From: an uncultured Rhodobacterales bacterium
GTDB taxonomy: Bacteria; Pseudomonadota; Alphaproteobacteria; Rhodobacterales; Rhodobacteraceae
Assembly: GCA_964453855.1 (NCBI GenBank)
Contig: CAYVRN010000003.1
Location: 7,604 to 71,603 of the forward strand
Length of the DNA: 64,000 bases
Direction of reading: 5' to 3'
The position numbers and the translations under genes are program-made. Of the stretch, positions 8,967 through 17,083 are shown in pieces (position 1 is the stretch's first letter; each line of letters starts with the position of its first letter). Under the pieces are notes generated by a model. That model had not been told where the DNA came from. It saw only the letters and a program-made list of their open reading frames with translations, and did not search any database.

Positions 8967-10496
8967 ATGAATCCTGCCAATTGGCTATATCGAAGTGCAC
9001 GCTTGACACCCGAGGCACCGGCCTTGCTTAAGGGGCAGGCCGTTGTTGCCAACTACCAAGAATTTGACCGTCGCGCAGCCAGAATTGGGTCACATCTTTC
9101 TAGGACATTGGGCATAAAATCAGGCGATCGTGTTGCCGTCTTCATGAAGAATTCCACCGAATATTTAGAGGCTCTTTATGGTATCTGGTATTGCGGGGCT
9201 GTCGCCGTTCCAATCAACGCAAAGCTACACGTGAAGGAAGCGGCTTGGATCATTGAAAACGCGGGCGCTAAGCTGGCGTTTGTGTCAAACGATATTGCCC
9301 TTGAATTGCCGGCTCTAGCGTCAGAAACGCTTGAAGGGGTTGTGGCCATCGAAACCAGTGACTGGATTGCGATGTTTGAAGCAGAGCCTTTTTCCAGTCC
9401 CGCCGCTATCGCAGCAGACGAGCTGATTTGGCTATTCTATACCTCTGGTACGACTGGCAAGCCGAAAGGTGTTATGATCACAGCCGGAAATTTAACGCAT
9501 ATGACTTTGGCCTATTTTTCGGATGTCGATGAGGTCAGACCCGAAGATGCCATTCTGTATGCAGCCCCCATGAGCCACGGTGCAGGCATTTATAATTTTA
9601 TGCATGTCATCAAAGGGGCACGGCATGTGGTGCCGGAAAGCAGTGGATTCGAACCGGCGGAGATTTTTGATCTGGCATCTAAGGTTCAAAATGTCTCGAT
9701 GTTTGCGGCTCCAACAATGGTCAAGCGCTTGGTAGATGTTGCAAGGGTTTCAGGACAGACAGGGGATGGCATCAAAACCGTCACATATGCGGGTGGGCCC
9801 ATGTACTTGTCGGATATTCAAGAGGCGGTAGACGTCTTGGGGGATCGATTTGTTCAGATATACGGGCAAGGAGAATGCCCGATGGGGATCACGGCTTTGG
9901 AGCGAAAATTTGTCTCAAACCGAACACATCCCCGCTGGAGGGAACGTCTTGGATCGGTTGGCGTTGCGCAGTCTCCAGTGCTGGTGGACATCTTTGATGA
10001 AATGGGATGTCCGCTGCCTGCCGGAGAAATTGGCGAGATCGTTGTAAAAGGTCCGACCGTTATGAAGGGTTACTGGAACAATCCTGAGGCAACCAAAAAG
10101 ACGATCAAAGACGGATGGCTCTGGACGGGTGACATGGGCGCGATGGACGAAGATGGCTTTGTCACCATGCATGATCGCTCAAAAGATATGATTATCTCGG
10201 GTGGGTCAAACATATATCCGCGTGAAGTTGAGGAGGTTCTTTTAGAGCATGCGGGCGTTTCAGAGGTGGCCGTGGTCGGCAAAAAACACCCCGAATGGGG
10301 CGAGGTTGTCGTAGCGTTTGTGGTTCCGTCAGCGCTTGGGGTCGAAGCAGCCACGCTTGATGCCTATTGCGTCGAAAATATCGCACGATTTAAGCGCCCC
10401 AAGGAATACAGACTGGTCACCGGCCTACCCAAAAACAATTATGGAAAAGTCCTTAAAACCGAATTGCGTGGATTGCTTTCGGAGGAGGTGGAATAG
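8967..10496 (+). CDS. AMP-dependent acyl-CoA synthetase/ligase (FadD-like class I adenylate-forming enzyme)
   Basis: 509 aa. AMP-binding motif LFYTSGTTGKPKGV. WTGDMG...DRSKDMIISGGSNIYPREVE. C-terminal NYGKV. GAGGGGGG SD. Divergent from the PAS-LuxR gene. Confidence 0.85.
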   Translation: MNPANWLYRSARLTPEAPALLKGQAVVANYQEFDRRAARIGSHLSRTLGIKSGDRVAVFMKNSTEYLEALYGIWYCGAVAVPINAKLHVKEAAWIIENAGAKLAFVSNDIALELPALASETLEGVVAIETSDWIAMFEAEPFSSPAAIAADELIWLFYTSGTTGKPKGVMITAGNLTHMTLAYFSDVDEVRPEDAILYAAPMSHGAGIYNFMHVIKGARHVVPESSGFEPAEIFDLASKVQNVSMFAAPTMVKRLVDVARVSGQTGDGIKTVTYAGGPMYLSDIQEAVDVLGDRFVQIYGQGECPMGITALERKFVSNRTHPRWRERLGSVGVAQSPVLVDIFDEMGCPLPAGEIGEIVVKGPTVMKGYWNNPEATKKTIKDGWLWTGDMGAMDEDGFVTMHDRSKDMIISGGSNIYPREVEEVLLEHAGVSEVAVVGKKHPEWGEVVVAFVVPSALGVEAATLDAYCVENIARFKRPKEYRLVTGLPKNNYGKVLKTELRGLLSEEVE

Positions 10497-10523
10497 GATT
10501 TTGTCGTAGATCGGCTGTGCGGT

Positions 10524-11510
10524 CTAGTGGCGATCGGGCGTGCCGGTCCGAAGTTCTTGCAGCAAGGCTGCCATTCCGCTTAGCGCGGCATAGTCATCAT
10601 CAACTGACCAGATTTTGAACTGGTGCATGAAGTCGCTGAAACGACCTTTCGATGAAAAGGCTTCGCAAAAGCCTTGTTCTGTAAGGTAGGGCGTGACAGC
10701 TCGTGCAACGCCCCCGACAAGATAGATGCCTCCAAACGGCAATGTGGTTAGTGCAAGGTTGCCGCAGACATTCCCCAAAGTTTTGGAAAAAAAGGCGACC
10801 GTTTCCACAGCAAGCGGGTCCTGCCCATTGGCGCAGAATTCCATAATTTCTGGTGCATTCTTGCGCATATTGCTGCCGGAACGTTTGGCCAACCAGCTGT
10901 ATATATGGCTTAATCCGCGGCCGGACAGTGCATCTTCGACTGAGCAAAAGCCATATTCTGATGCAAAATTGGAGGAGAACTCGCTCGTTAGCGTGTCTGA
11001 TGTGGGCAGGTTAATATGGCCAGCTTCGCCCGGCGGAACCAGTGTCACGGAAGACGCGCGATACACGGGGGCAGCGTTAAAACCGGTGCCCACGCCTACG
11101 ACCAATCGTGCCGCTTGGGGCCCCGCGTCTTGGCCGTCTTTTACTAGAATACATTGGGTTTCATTCAGGTGACCCACAGCGTGACCCTGAGCTTGAAGAT
11201 CGTTGATAACCGAAGCAATCCGCGCCCCCGTCGCACGTGTCAAAAGTTCTCGGTCCACAGTCCAATTAAGGTTGGTCAAAGTACCCTTACCGTCACGCAC
11301 CGGTCCTGCAATCGCGGCACAGGCAGCGTCTGGTATCAGATCTGGGTAGCTTTCCAAATATTTTACAAGAACCGCCTCAAGACCCGAATAATCGGCATTC
11401 TTGAACCGTTGAATGCTGTCAGCGCGAACCGCAGCGCCATCTGCCAAAGCCACGCGCGTGTTTGTGCCGCCGATATCGGCCATAATTGATAGGCTGCTTT
11501 GCTCTGTCAT
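10524..11510 (-). CDS. glk: Glucokinase
   Basis: 328 aa. ADIGGTNTRVAL ATP-binding motif, VGVGTGFN and YLVGGVA are typical of the proteobacterial Glk family. Confidence 0.8.
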   Translation of the reverse strand: MTEQSSLSIMADIGGTNTRVALADGAAVRADSIQRFKNADYSGLEAVLVKYLESYPDLIPDAACAAIAGPVRDGKGTLTNLNWTVDRELLTRATGARIASVINDLQAQGHAVGHLNETQCILVKDGQDAGPQAARLVVGVGTGFNAAPVYRASSVTLVPPGEAGHINLPTSDTLTSEFSSNFASEYGFCSVEDALSGRGLSHIYSWLAKRSGSNMRKNAPEIMEFCANGQDPLAVETVAFFSKTLGNVCGNLALTTLPFGGIYLVGGVARAVTPYLTEQGFCEAFSSKGRFSDFMHQFKIWSVDDDYAALSGMAALLQELRTGTPDRH

Positions 11511-11600
11511 AATCGGATCCCGTGCGGTGTTAGCGCTAAACTTTGCGGCGTGATACGCTGATGTAAAAGATTGAGCAAGATAGACGTGCTTGATTTAGTG

Positions 11601-11631
11601 AAAATTAAAAGGCCGAGCAGTTTGCTCGGCC
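11601..11631 (-). terminator. Rho-independent terminator after the methyl-THF operon
   Basis: Perfect 9-bp stem GGCCGAGCA/TGCTCGGCC with a 3-nt loop (11611-11631). On the minus strand it is followed by TTTTAATTTT. Confidence 0.75.
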
Positions 11632-11658
11632 AGTTTGTTAATCTAGTCTAGATGGGGG

Positions 11659-12735
11659 TTAGCCGCGGCGGCGGCGTCCACCTCCTCGACGGCCGCGTCC
11701 ACCTTCTCCGCCACTGCTTGAGGCGCTGTTAAACGCGATCCAAGCTGCGCCACCGTCGTCGTTGTTGGTCAGGAAGTTTGCCGCGCGGATGGCTTCCATT
11801 TCCTTGCCGGCACGGGCTTTGGTCGACCCAAGGCCAAACATGATGCAGAAAGCTTCGTCATCCATATCCGCTGGCAGGATAATGCCAGCCGCTTCGACTT
11901 CAGCGCGTTTTTCGGCGATTTTGGTTGGTCCGACGGGCAGGGCGATCGGGTTCATAATCGCCGAGGTCATACCTGTGGCCATTGCCATCGGCAGGAAGGC
12001 ATTGTTGATGCCATGGCGATTTGGCAGACCGAACGAAATGTTGGATGCGCCGCAGGTGGTGTTGACGCCTAGTTCGTTGCGAAGTCGGCGGTTCAGTTCG
12101 AAGACCTGCAGTCCTGCAGTGCCCATGGCGCCAATGGGCATGACCAGAGGGTCAACAACGATGTCGTGAGCGGGAATGCCAAAATCGGCCGCGCGCTCGA
12201 CGATCTTTTTTGCTACCGCAAAACGAACTTCGGGGTCTTCCGAGATGCCGGTATCGTCGTTCGAAATCGCGACAACCGGTACATTGTATTTCTTCACGAG
12301 TGGCAGAACCAGCTCCAAGCGTTCTTCCTCGCCGGTGACCGAGTTCAACAACGGGCGACCTTCGGCTGCTTCAAGGCCAGCCTCAAGTGCACCAGGAACC
12401 GAGGAGTCAATGCAAAGTGGCGTGTCGGTCACAGCTTGAACTGTTTTGACCAGATGGCGCATCAGATCAGGTTCAACAAAGTTGTTGTCAGCGTAGCGGG
12501 GGTCCTCGGCCATTTTGTTTGAGAAAACAGCGCCCGAGTTGATGTCCAGAATGCCTGCGCCTGCTGCGACCTGCGCGAGTGCATCAGACTCAACGCGGCT
12601 AAAATCGCCTGCTTCAAGTTCAGCGTTCAAGACTTTGCGTCCGGTGGGGTTGATGCGCTCTCCGATAACGGTGAAGGGTTGGTCGAAACCGATAATGGTG
12701 GTTTTGGATTTGGACTCGACGATCGTGCGGGTCAT
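11659..12735 (-). CDS. Stand-alone pterin-binding methyltetrahydrofolate:corrinoid methyltransferase module (MetH pterin-domain / MeTr-like) with Gly/Arg-rich C-terminal tail
   Basis: 358 aa. VIGERINPTGRK, GILDINSG, CIDSS and ISFGLPNR are typical of pterin-binding (DHPS-like) MeTr domains. The tail is SSGGEGGRGRRGGGRRRRG. AAGGAA SD. Confidence 0.75.
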   Translation of the reverse strand: MTRTIVESKSKTTIIGFDQPFTVIGERINPTGRKVLNAELEAGDFSRVESDALAQVAAGAGILDINSGAVFSNKMAEDPRYADNNFVEPDLMRHLVKTVQAVTDTPLCIDSSVPGALEAGLEAAEGRPLLNSVTGEEERLELVLPLVKKYNVPVVAISNDDTGISEDPEVRFAVAKKIVERAADFGIPAHDIVVDPLVMPIGAMGTAGLQVFELNRRLRNELGVNTTCGASNISFGLPNRHGINNAFLPMAMATGMTSAIMNPIALPVGPTKIAEKRAEVEAAGIILPADMDDEAFCIMFGLGSTKARAGKEMEAIRAANFLTNNDDGGAAWIAFNSASSSGGEGGRGRRGGGRRRRG

Positions 12736-12750
12736 AGCAGTTCCTTAGAT

Positions 12751-13674
12751 TTAAGCTGCGGGTACGGCTGAAGAGCCGCCGTTGGCAATGGCCCAGTTGG
12801 CATTGGTTTTGATGCCACCAAGTGGGAAGAAATGGACGTTGGTGATGTTGAAATCGGGGTTGGCTGCTTTGTGAGCGGCCAGTTCCGAAATAACGTCGTT
12901 GGGTTCATAGGGCAAAAGCAGTTTCGAAACATCCATAGCCCGCTTTTGAAGGACCTTCAACGAAGGGCCGACACCGCAAGCAATTGCGAATTTGATCAAG
13001 GTTTGCAATTTTGCCGGTCCGGCAATGCCAATATGGATCGGAAGATCCACTCCCGCGGCTTTAACGCCGTTAGCCCAATCGATAATCGGCTTAGTGTCGA
13101 ATGCGAATTGGGTTGCAAGAGCCATTTTGGCTTCAGTGCGCTCGCTGAATTTTTGTTTCCACTGAAGAGCTTCGTCAACGTTTTTCATGCTTCCATCAGG
13201 GTCGATGTCCTTGTTGCCTTCGGGGTGACCTGCGACGTGCAAACGCTCAAATCCTGCTTTGTCAAACAAGCCGGTTTCAAGAAGTTGCATCGAGCTGTGG
13301 AAGTCTCCGTGAGGCTTTTCAACGCCACCAGCCAACATCAGCGCCTGCTTTACATCAGCCTCGCCCTGATAGCGGGCGATCCAGTCACCCAGTGTGGCTT
13401 CGTCTTTAATAATGCGCGCGGGAAAGTGCGGCATGACGCGGAAGCCATCGTTATTCAGGCGTTTTGCGGTGGCCACCATATCTTCAATCGGGGTGCCTTC
13501 GATGTGCGCGATGTAGACGCGAGTGCCTTCGGGAAGCAGCGCGCGAAAGTCTTCGACTTTTTCGGCTGTGCGGGGCATTACTTCGATCGAGTAGTCTTTC
13601 AGGAAGGCCTCGACATTCGGGTCAACCGTCTGTGCGGTCGGGGTTTCTTTTTTTCCAAAGCTGAAAAGTGCCAT
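12751..13674 (-). CDS. metF: Methylenetetrahydrofolate reductase-like protein
   Basis: 307 aa. MetF-like TIM-barrel pattern (YSIEVMP, YIAHIEG, MLAGG, HVAGHPEG, FFPLGG). AGGAGG SD. Operon with the methyl-THF methyltransferase. Symbol given at family level only. Confidence 0.7.
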   Translation of the reverse strand: MALFSFGKKETPTAQTVDPNVEAFLKDYSIEVMPRTAEKVEDFRALLPEGTRVYIAHIEGTPIEDMVATAKRLNNDGFRVMPHFPARIIKDEATLGDWIARYQGEADVKQALMLAGGVEKPHGDFHSSMQLLETGLFDKAGFERLHVAGHPEGNKDIDPDGSMKNVDEALQWKQKFSERTEAKMALATQFAFDTKPIIDWANGVKAAGVDLPIHIGIAGPAKLQTLIKFAIACGVGPSLKVLQKRAMDVSKLLLPYEPNDVISELAAHKAANPDFNITNVHFFPLGGIKTNANWAIANGGSSAVPAA

Positions 13675-13699
13675 TGCGTGGCCTCCTGGTGAAAACGGG

Positions 13700-13996
13700 T
13701 CAGGCCCGTCCGTCGTTTGCGATCAATTGTTTAATGCGGTCCTGGTCGTATTCCGCGTCGATTCTGGCAGCTTCGCTTTCGGCGATTTCACTAGGGTCAC
13801 CGTCTACTTCATAGGGGGCGGCTTTCCGCCATTCTGCCAAATATGCGTCTGTATCAGAAGCACCGGTTTTCATGGCCGCGCGGTCGATTGCCTGTTCAAA
13901 GCGTTCGGGTAGCTGCTTTTTTGCACCTCGGCGACCTTTGCCGACAATTACCTGTGCCGGGATATCTCTCCAATAGACGATCGTCACATCTGGCAT
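13700..13996 (-). CDS. Small conserved protein, 'virulence factor' domain (PF13769-like), function unknown
   Basis: 98 aa starting MPDVTIVYWRDIPAQVIVGKGRRGAKKQLPERF. GAGGA SD. First gene of the metF-like operon. The family call is from memory of annotations in alphaproteobacteria. Confidence 0.5.
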   Translation of the reverse strand: MPDVTIVYWRDIPAQVIVGKGRRGAKKQLPERFEQAIDRAAMKTGASDTDAYLAEWRKAAPYEVDGDPSEIAESEAARIDAEYDQDRIKQLIANDGRA

Positions 13997-14159
13997 GTCT
14001 GATTCCTCATTGAGTGTTGCCTCTAACTAATGGATTGATTTGGGGTGTTGCGATCCAATTTCGACAATTCCACCACTTGCAGCGACCCTGTTACACACTC
14101 TTGCAAGTCCACCCTTCTGCACATAGCATGAGGCTAACTTGAAATGGAGGGCGTAACCA

Positions 14160-15272
14160 ATGGCGCCCAAGCGTCCCGAAGGTGCGGGCGCATTCCCAAT
14201 ACCGGTTGAGAGCCCCGCGCCGACCCAACCAGATCCGTCTGCTTTATACGCTGCGCTGGATCTGGGCACGAACAGCTGTCGCATGCTGATTGCCCAACCC
14301 AAGGGCAGTCAGTTTCACGTCGTGGACAGCTTCTCAAAAACAGTGCAACTGGGGGCCGGTCTTGAGAAAACTGGTAAACTTAGCCGGTCGTCGATGTACC
14401 GGACCGTTCAGGCATTGCGTATTTGTCAGCAAAAGTTGAAGCGCCATAATGTCCAAAGGATGCGGCTTGTTGCGACGGAAGCTTGTCGTCGCGCCAGCAA
14501 TGCGCGGCAATTTATTCGTCAGGTCAAGCGTGAAGCAGGGCTGCAGCTGGAAATCATCCAACCCGAGGAAGAAGCGCGTTTGGCGGTCATTTCCTGTGCT
14601 CCTTTGGTGAGCACTAAGACCGAGCAATTGCTTATTGTTGATATTGGAGGCGGATCGACCGAATTGGTTTGGATAGATCTGACCAATGTGCCGCCTATTG
14701 ATCGACCATCGGCAATCATGCGCTTGCACGCTGGCTTTCATACGGGCGACAGCCCTTTTCCCAGCGCCAAGGTCGTTGATTGGATCTCGGTGCCCCTGGG
14801 GGTTGCGACTTTACGTGATCAATTTCACGACGTGGAAGATGACTCTGCCAGATTTGCTTTAATGAGCTGGTATTTCGAAGAAAATCTGATGAATTTTTCG
14901 CCTTATGATCGAGAACAAGTAAAAGACGGGTTCCAGATCATTGGGACATCCGGAACAATCACGACGGTCGCGGCCAGCCACTTGGGGCTAAAGCGGTATG
15001 ACAGAACAAAAGTTGACGGTTTGCGGATGACCTCTGAACAGATTGACACTGTTATTCGCGATTATTTGACGCTAGGACCTACAGGACGGCGCAAAGACCC
15101 GCGCATCGGGCGCGACAGGCAGGCCCTGATTATGTCTGGTTCGGCTATCCTTCAGGCGTTAATGCGGTGTTGGCCGACCGACAGGCTGTCGGTCGCTGAT
15201 CGCGGACTGCGCGAGGGGTTGCTATACGCACAAATGAGCGCAGACGGCGTTCTTGAACATGGACCGTACTGA
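14160..15272 (+). CDS. ppx: Exopolyphosphatase / guanosine pentaphosphate phosphohydrolase family (Ppx/GppA)
   Basis: 370 aa. [14 protein letters not shown] and [15 protein letters not shown] phosphate motifs. GGAGGG SD 9 nt upstream of ATG 14160. Confidence 0.8.
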   Translation: MAPKRPEGAGAFPIPVESPAPTQPDPSALYAALDLGTNSCRMLIAQPKGSQFHVVDSFSKTVQLGAGLEKTGKLSRSSMYRTVQALRICQQKLKRHNVQRMRLVATEACRRASNARQFIRQVKREAGLQLEIIQPEEEARLAVISCAPLVSTKTEQLLIVDIGGGSTELVWIDLTNVPPIDRPSAIMRLHAGFHTGDSPFPSAKVVDWISVPLGVATLRDQFHDVEDDSARFALMSWYFEENLMNFSPYDREQVKDGFQIIGTSGTITTVAASHLGLKRYDRTKVDGLRMTSEQIDTVIRDYLTLGPTGRRKDPRIGRDRQALIMSGSAILQALMRCWPTDRLSVADRGLREGLLYAQMSADGVLEHGPY

Positions 15273-15282
15273 CGGAACTCTT

Positions 15283-15999
15283 ATGACGAAGAAAAAGAAC
15301 TCATCAGGTCGCGGACAGCGGGATTTGACGGTCAAAGTAAAGACCGCGCGTGGGCGAAAATTAAGCTCAACCCGCTGGCTGCAAAGGCAATTAAATGATC
15401 CCTACGTCGCTCGCGCGAAAGCCGAAGGCTATCGTGGTCGTGCGGCGTTCAAGATCATGGAACTGGATGACAAATTCCGGTTCCTAGTCCCCGGAGCTCG
15501 CGTGGTTGACCTTGGCTGTGCACCAGGTGGCTGGCTTCAGATCGCCGTGAAGCGGGTAAATGCTTTGGGCGAGAAGCAGGGTAAAAATATCGGACGTGTT
15601 CTGGGCATAGACCTGCAAGAGGTGGAACCCCTAGCAGGTACAGAAGTTTATCAGTTGGATTTCATGGAGGATGATGCAGACCTGAAGGTAAAGGAATGGC
15701 TTGGCGGCAATGCTGATGTTGTGATGTCTGACATGGCAGCCGCTTCATCCGGTCACAAACAAACGGATCACCTTCGGATTATTGCCCTCTGCGAAGCCGC
15801 TGCCTATTTTGCGTTCGACGTCCTAGAAGAGGGCGGCACGTTTGTTGCCAAGGTTCTTGCTGGGGGTGCCGAAGGTGATTTGCAGAAACTGCTGAAACAG
15901 AAGTTTGTTAAAGTGGCGAATGTAAAGCCGCCATCTTCGCGTTCTGATAGCTCTGAAAAATTTGTCATCGCCACGGGTTTCAAGGGCAACCTCGACTAA
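15283..15999 (+). CDS. rlmE: 23S rRNA (uridine2552-2'-O)-methyltransferase RlmE/FtsJ
   Basis: Trimmed to ATG 15283 ([15 protein letters not shown]...). The earlier ATG 15253 overlaps ppx. [32 protein letters not shown] and VMSDMA motifs. Confidence 0.85.
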   Translation: MTKKKNSSGRGQRDLTVKVKTARGRKLSSTRWLQRQLNDPYVARAKAEGYRGRAAFKIMELDDKFRFLVPGARVVDLGCAPGGWLQIAVKRVNALGEKQGKNIGRVLGIDLQEVEPLAGTEVYQLDFMEDDADLKVKEWLGGNADVVMSDMAAASSGHKQTDHLRIIALCEAAAYFAFDVLEEGGTFVAKVLAGGAEGDLQKLLKQKFVKVANVKPPSSRSDSSEKFVIATGFKGNLD

Positions 16000-16067
16000 A
16001 ATAATCGATCTTGAAGCCCATCATAATATTCCGTATATGGAATGTGAATTATTGAAAGGCAGCGAGA

Positions 16068-17039
16068 ATGACCGCACAAAATCCGCATGAAGGCGGGCAA
16101 CGCTTGCAAAATTTTCCAGTGACGTTCTTTGCTGTGATTATGGGGCTTTCAGGAATTACGCTCGCATTTCATGCAGGTGCAGTGGAATATCCAGTTCTTG
16201 AGCAGGCCAATGTTGTTTCGCTATGGATAACGACCTTAGCGTTTGGCCTGATCTCTCTGGTTTATGCTGTGAAAGCTGCAAAGCATTTCTCTCATGTCAA
16301 AGCCGAGTGGCAGCATCCTGTGCGTTTGGCCTTTTTTCCAGCCATCTCAATATCGGCGTTACTTGTCATTCTGGCGTGGTTGGGCCACGTCGGCGACGCT
16401 GTTCGCCCATTTTTCTTCGTCGCTGCTGGAATGCAAATTGTGCTGACTTTGGCCGTTATCTCAGGGTGGATCGGTCATAGGGCCTTTCAGCATGGACAAC
16501 TTTCGCCTGCTTGGTTCATTCCCGCCGTGGGCAATGTACTTGTGCCGCTTATCGGCATTCCACTGGGCTATGTTGATTTGTCCTGGTTCTTCTTTTCTTT
16601 CGGTATGATTTTTTGGATTATTCTTCTCACCCTCGTGGTCAATCGTCTGGTTTTCCACGATCCGTTGCCCGGCAAATTGCAGCCGACGCTTGTTATTCTA
16701 ATCGCACCGCCAGCAATCGGGTTTGTGGCTTGGATTGCACTTGTTGGTTTTGACCCATTTGCGCGTGTTTTGGCTAATGTGGCATTTGTGTTCGCCTTGA
16801 TCGTTTCGGTTCAAATTCCAAAGCTTGTCAAACTACCCTTTGCCATGTCTTTCTGGGCGCTGAGCTTCCCGTTGGCTGCATTGACCATTGCCAGCTTCAG
16901 ATATGGAGCGGCCTCTCAAACGGCGTTGTTCACATACCTAGGAACGGCTCTGTTGTTCCTTTTGACCGGAGTCATCGTGGGGCTTATACTGCGCACGTTG
17001 CGCGCGGCACATGCGGGCAAGATCTGTGTGCCAGAATAA
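16068..17039 (+). CDS. TehA/SLAC1/Mae1-family anion channel-transporter
   Basis: 323 aa, about 10 predicted TM helices. NFPVTFFAVIMGLSG start and FWALSFPLAA near the C-terminus are typical of the TDT/TehA family. Confidence 0.65.
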   Translation: MTAQNPHEGGQRLQNFPVTFFAVIMGLSGITLAFHAGAVEYPVLEQANVVSLWITTLAFGLISLVYAVKAAKHFSHVKAEWQHPVRLAFFPAISISALLVILAWLGHVGDAVRPFFFVAAGMQIVLTLAVISGWIGHRAFQHGQLSPAWFIPAVGNVLVPLIGIPLGYVDLSWFFFSFGMIFWIILLTLVVNRLVFHDPLPGKLQPTLVILIAPPAIGFVAWIALVGFDPFARVLANVAFVFALIVSVQIPKLVKLPFAMSFWALSFPLAALTIASFRYGAASQTALFTYLGTALLFLLTGVIVGLILRTLRAAHAGKICVPE

Positions 17040-17055
17040 CAGGGCTGCTTGACAT

Positions 17056-17080
17056 TTGAATTGGAACTCCACCAATTCAA
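17056..17080 (+). promoter_or_regulatory. Perfect 9-bp inverted repeat (TTGAATTGG-N7-CCAATTCAA) abutting the EamA-family start codon
   Basis: Read directly. The stem ends 3 nt before ATG 17084. No U-tract follows, and no SD is visible for the downstream gene. Confidence 0.5.
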
Positions 17081-17083
17081 CCT

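Noticed and set aside
12832-13692. 286-aa ORF on the + strand covering almost the entire MetF-like gene
   Set aside because: It is antisense to a gene with clear family motifs and a strong AGGAGG SD. The translation is low-complexity (Arg/Ser/Cys/Phe-rich) and has no recognisable domain or SD. This is a typical shadow ORF.
13997-14159. SAM-II, SAM-V or cobalamin riboswitch upstream of the methyl-THF operon
   Set aside because: I found no B12 box (GCCACTG-like) and no convincing SAM-II pseudoknot or AAAGC signature by eye. The question is left open as a finding to be settled by a covariance-model scan, not called as a feature.
14312-14320. parS-like GTTTCACGT inside ppx
   Set aside because: Only 9 of 16 positions of the TGTTTCACGTGAAACA palindrome match, and the second half-site is absent.
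14027-14337. Two minus-strand ORFs (91 and 67 aa) in and around the ppx / methyl-THF operon leader
   Set aside because: They overlap the ppx 5' end and the leader. They have no SD and Gly/Ala/Ser-rich translations with no recognisable family.
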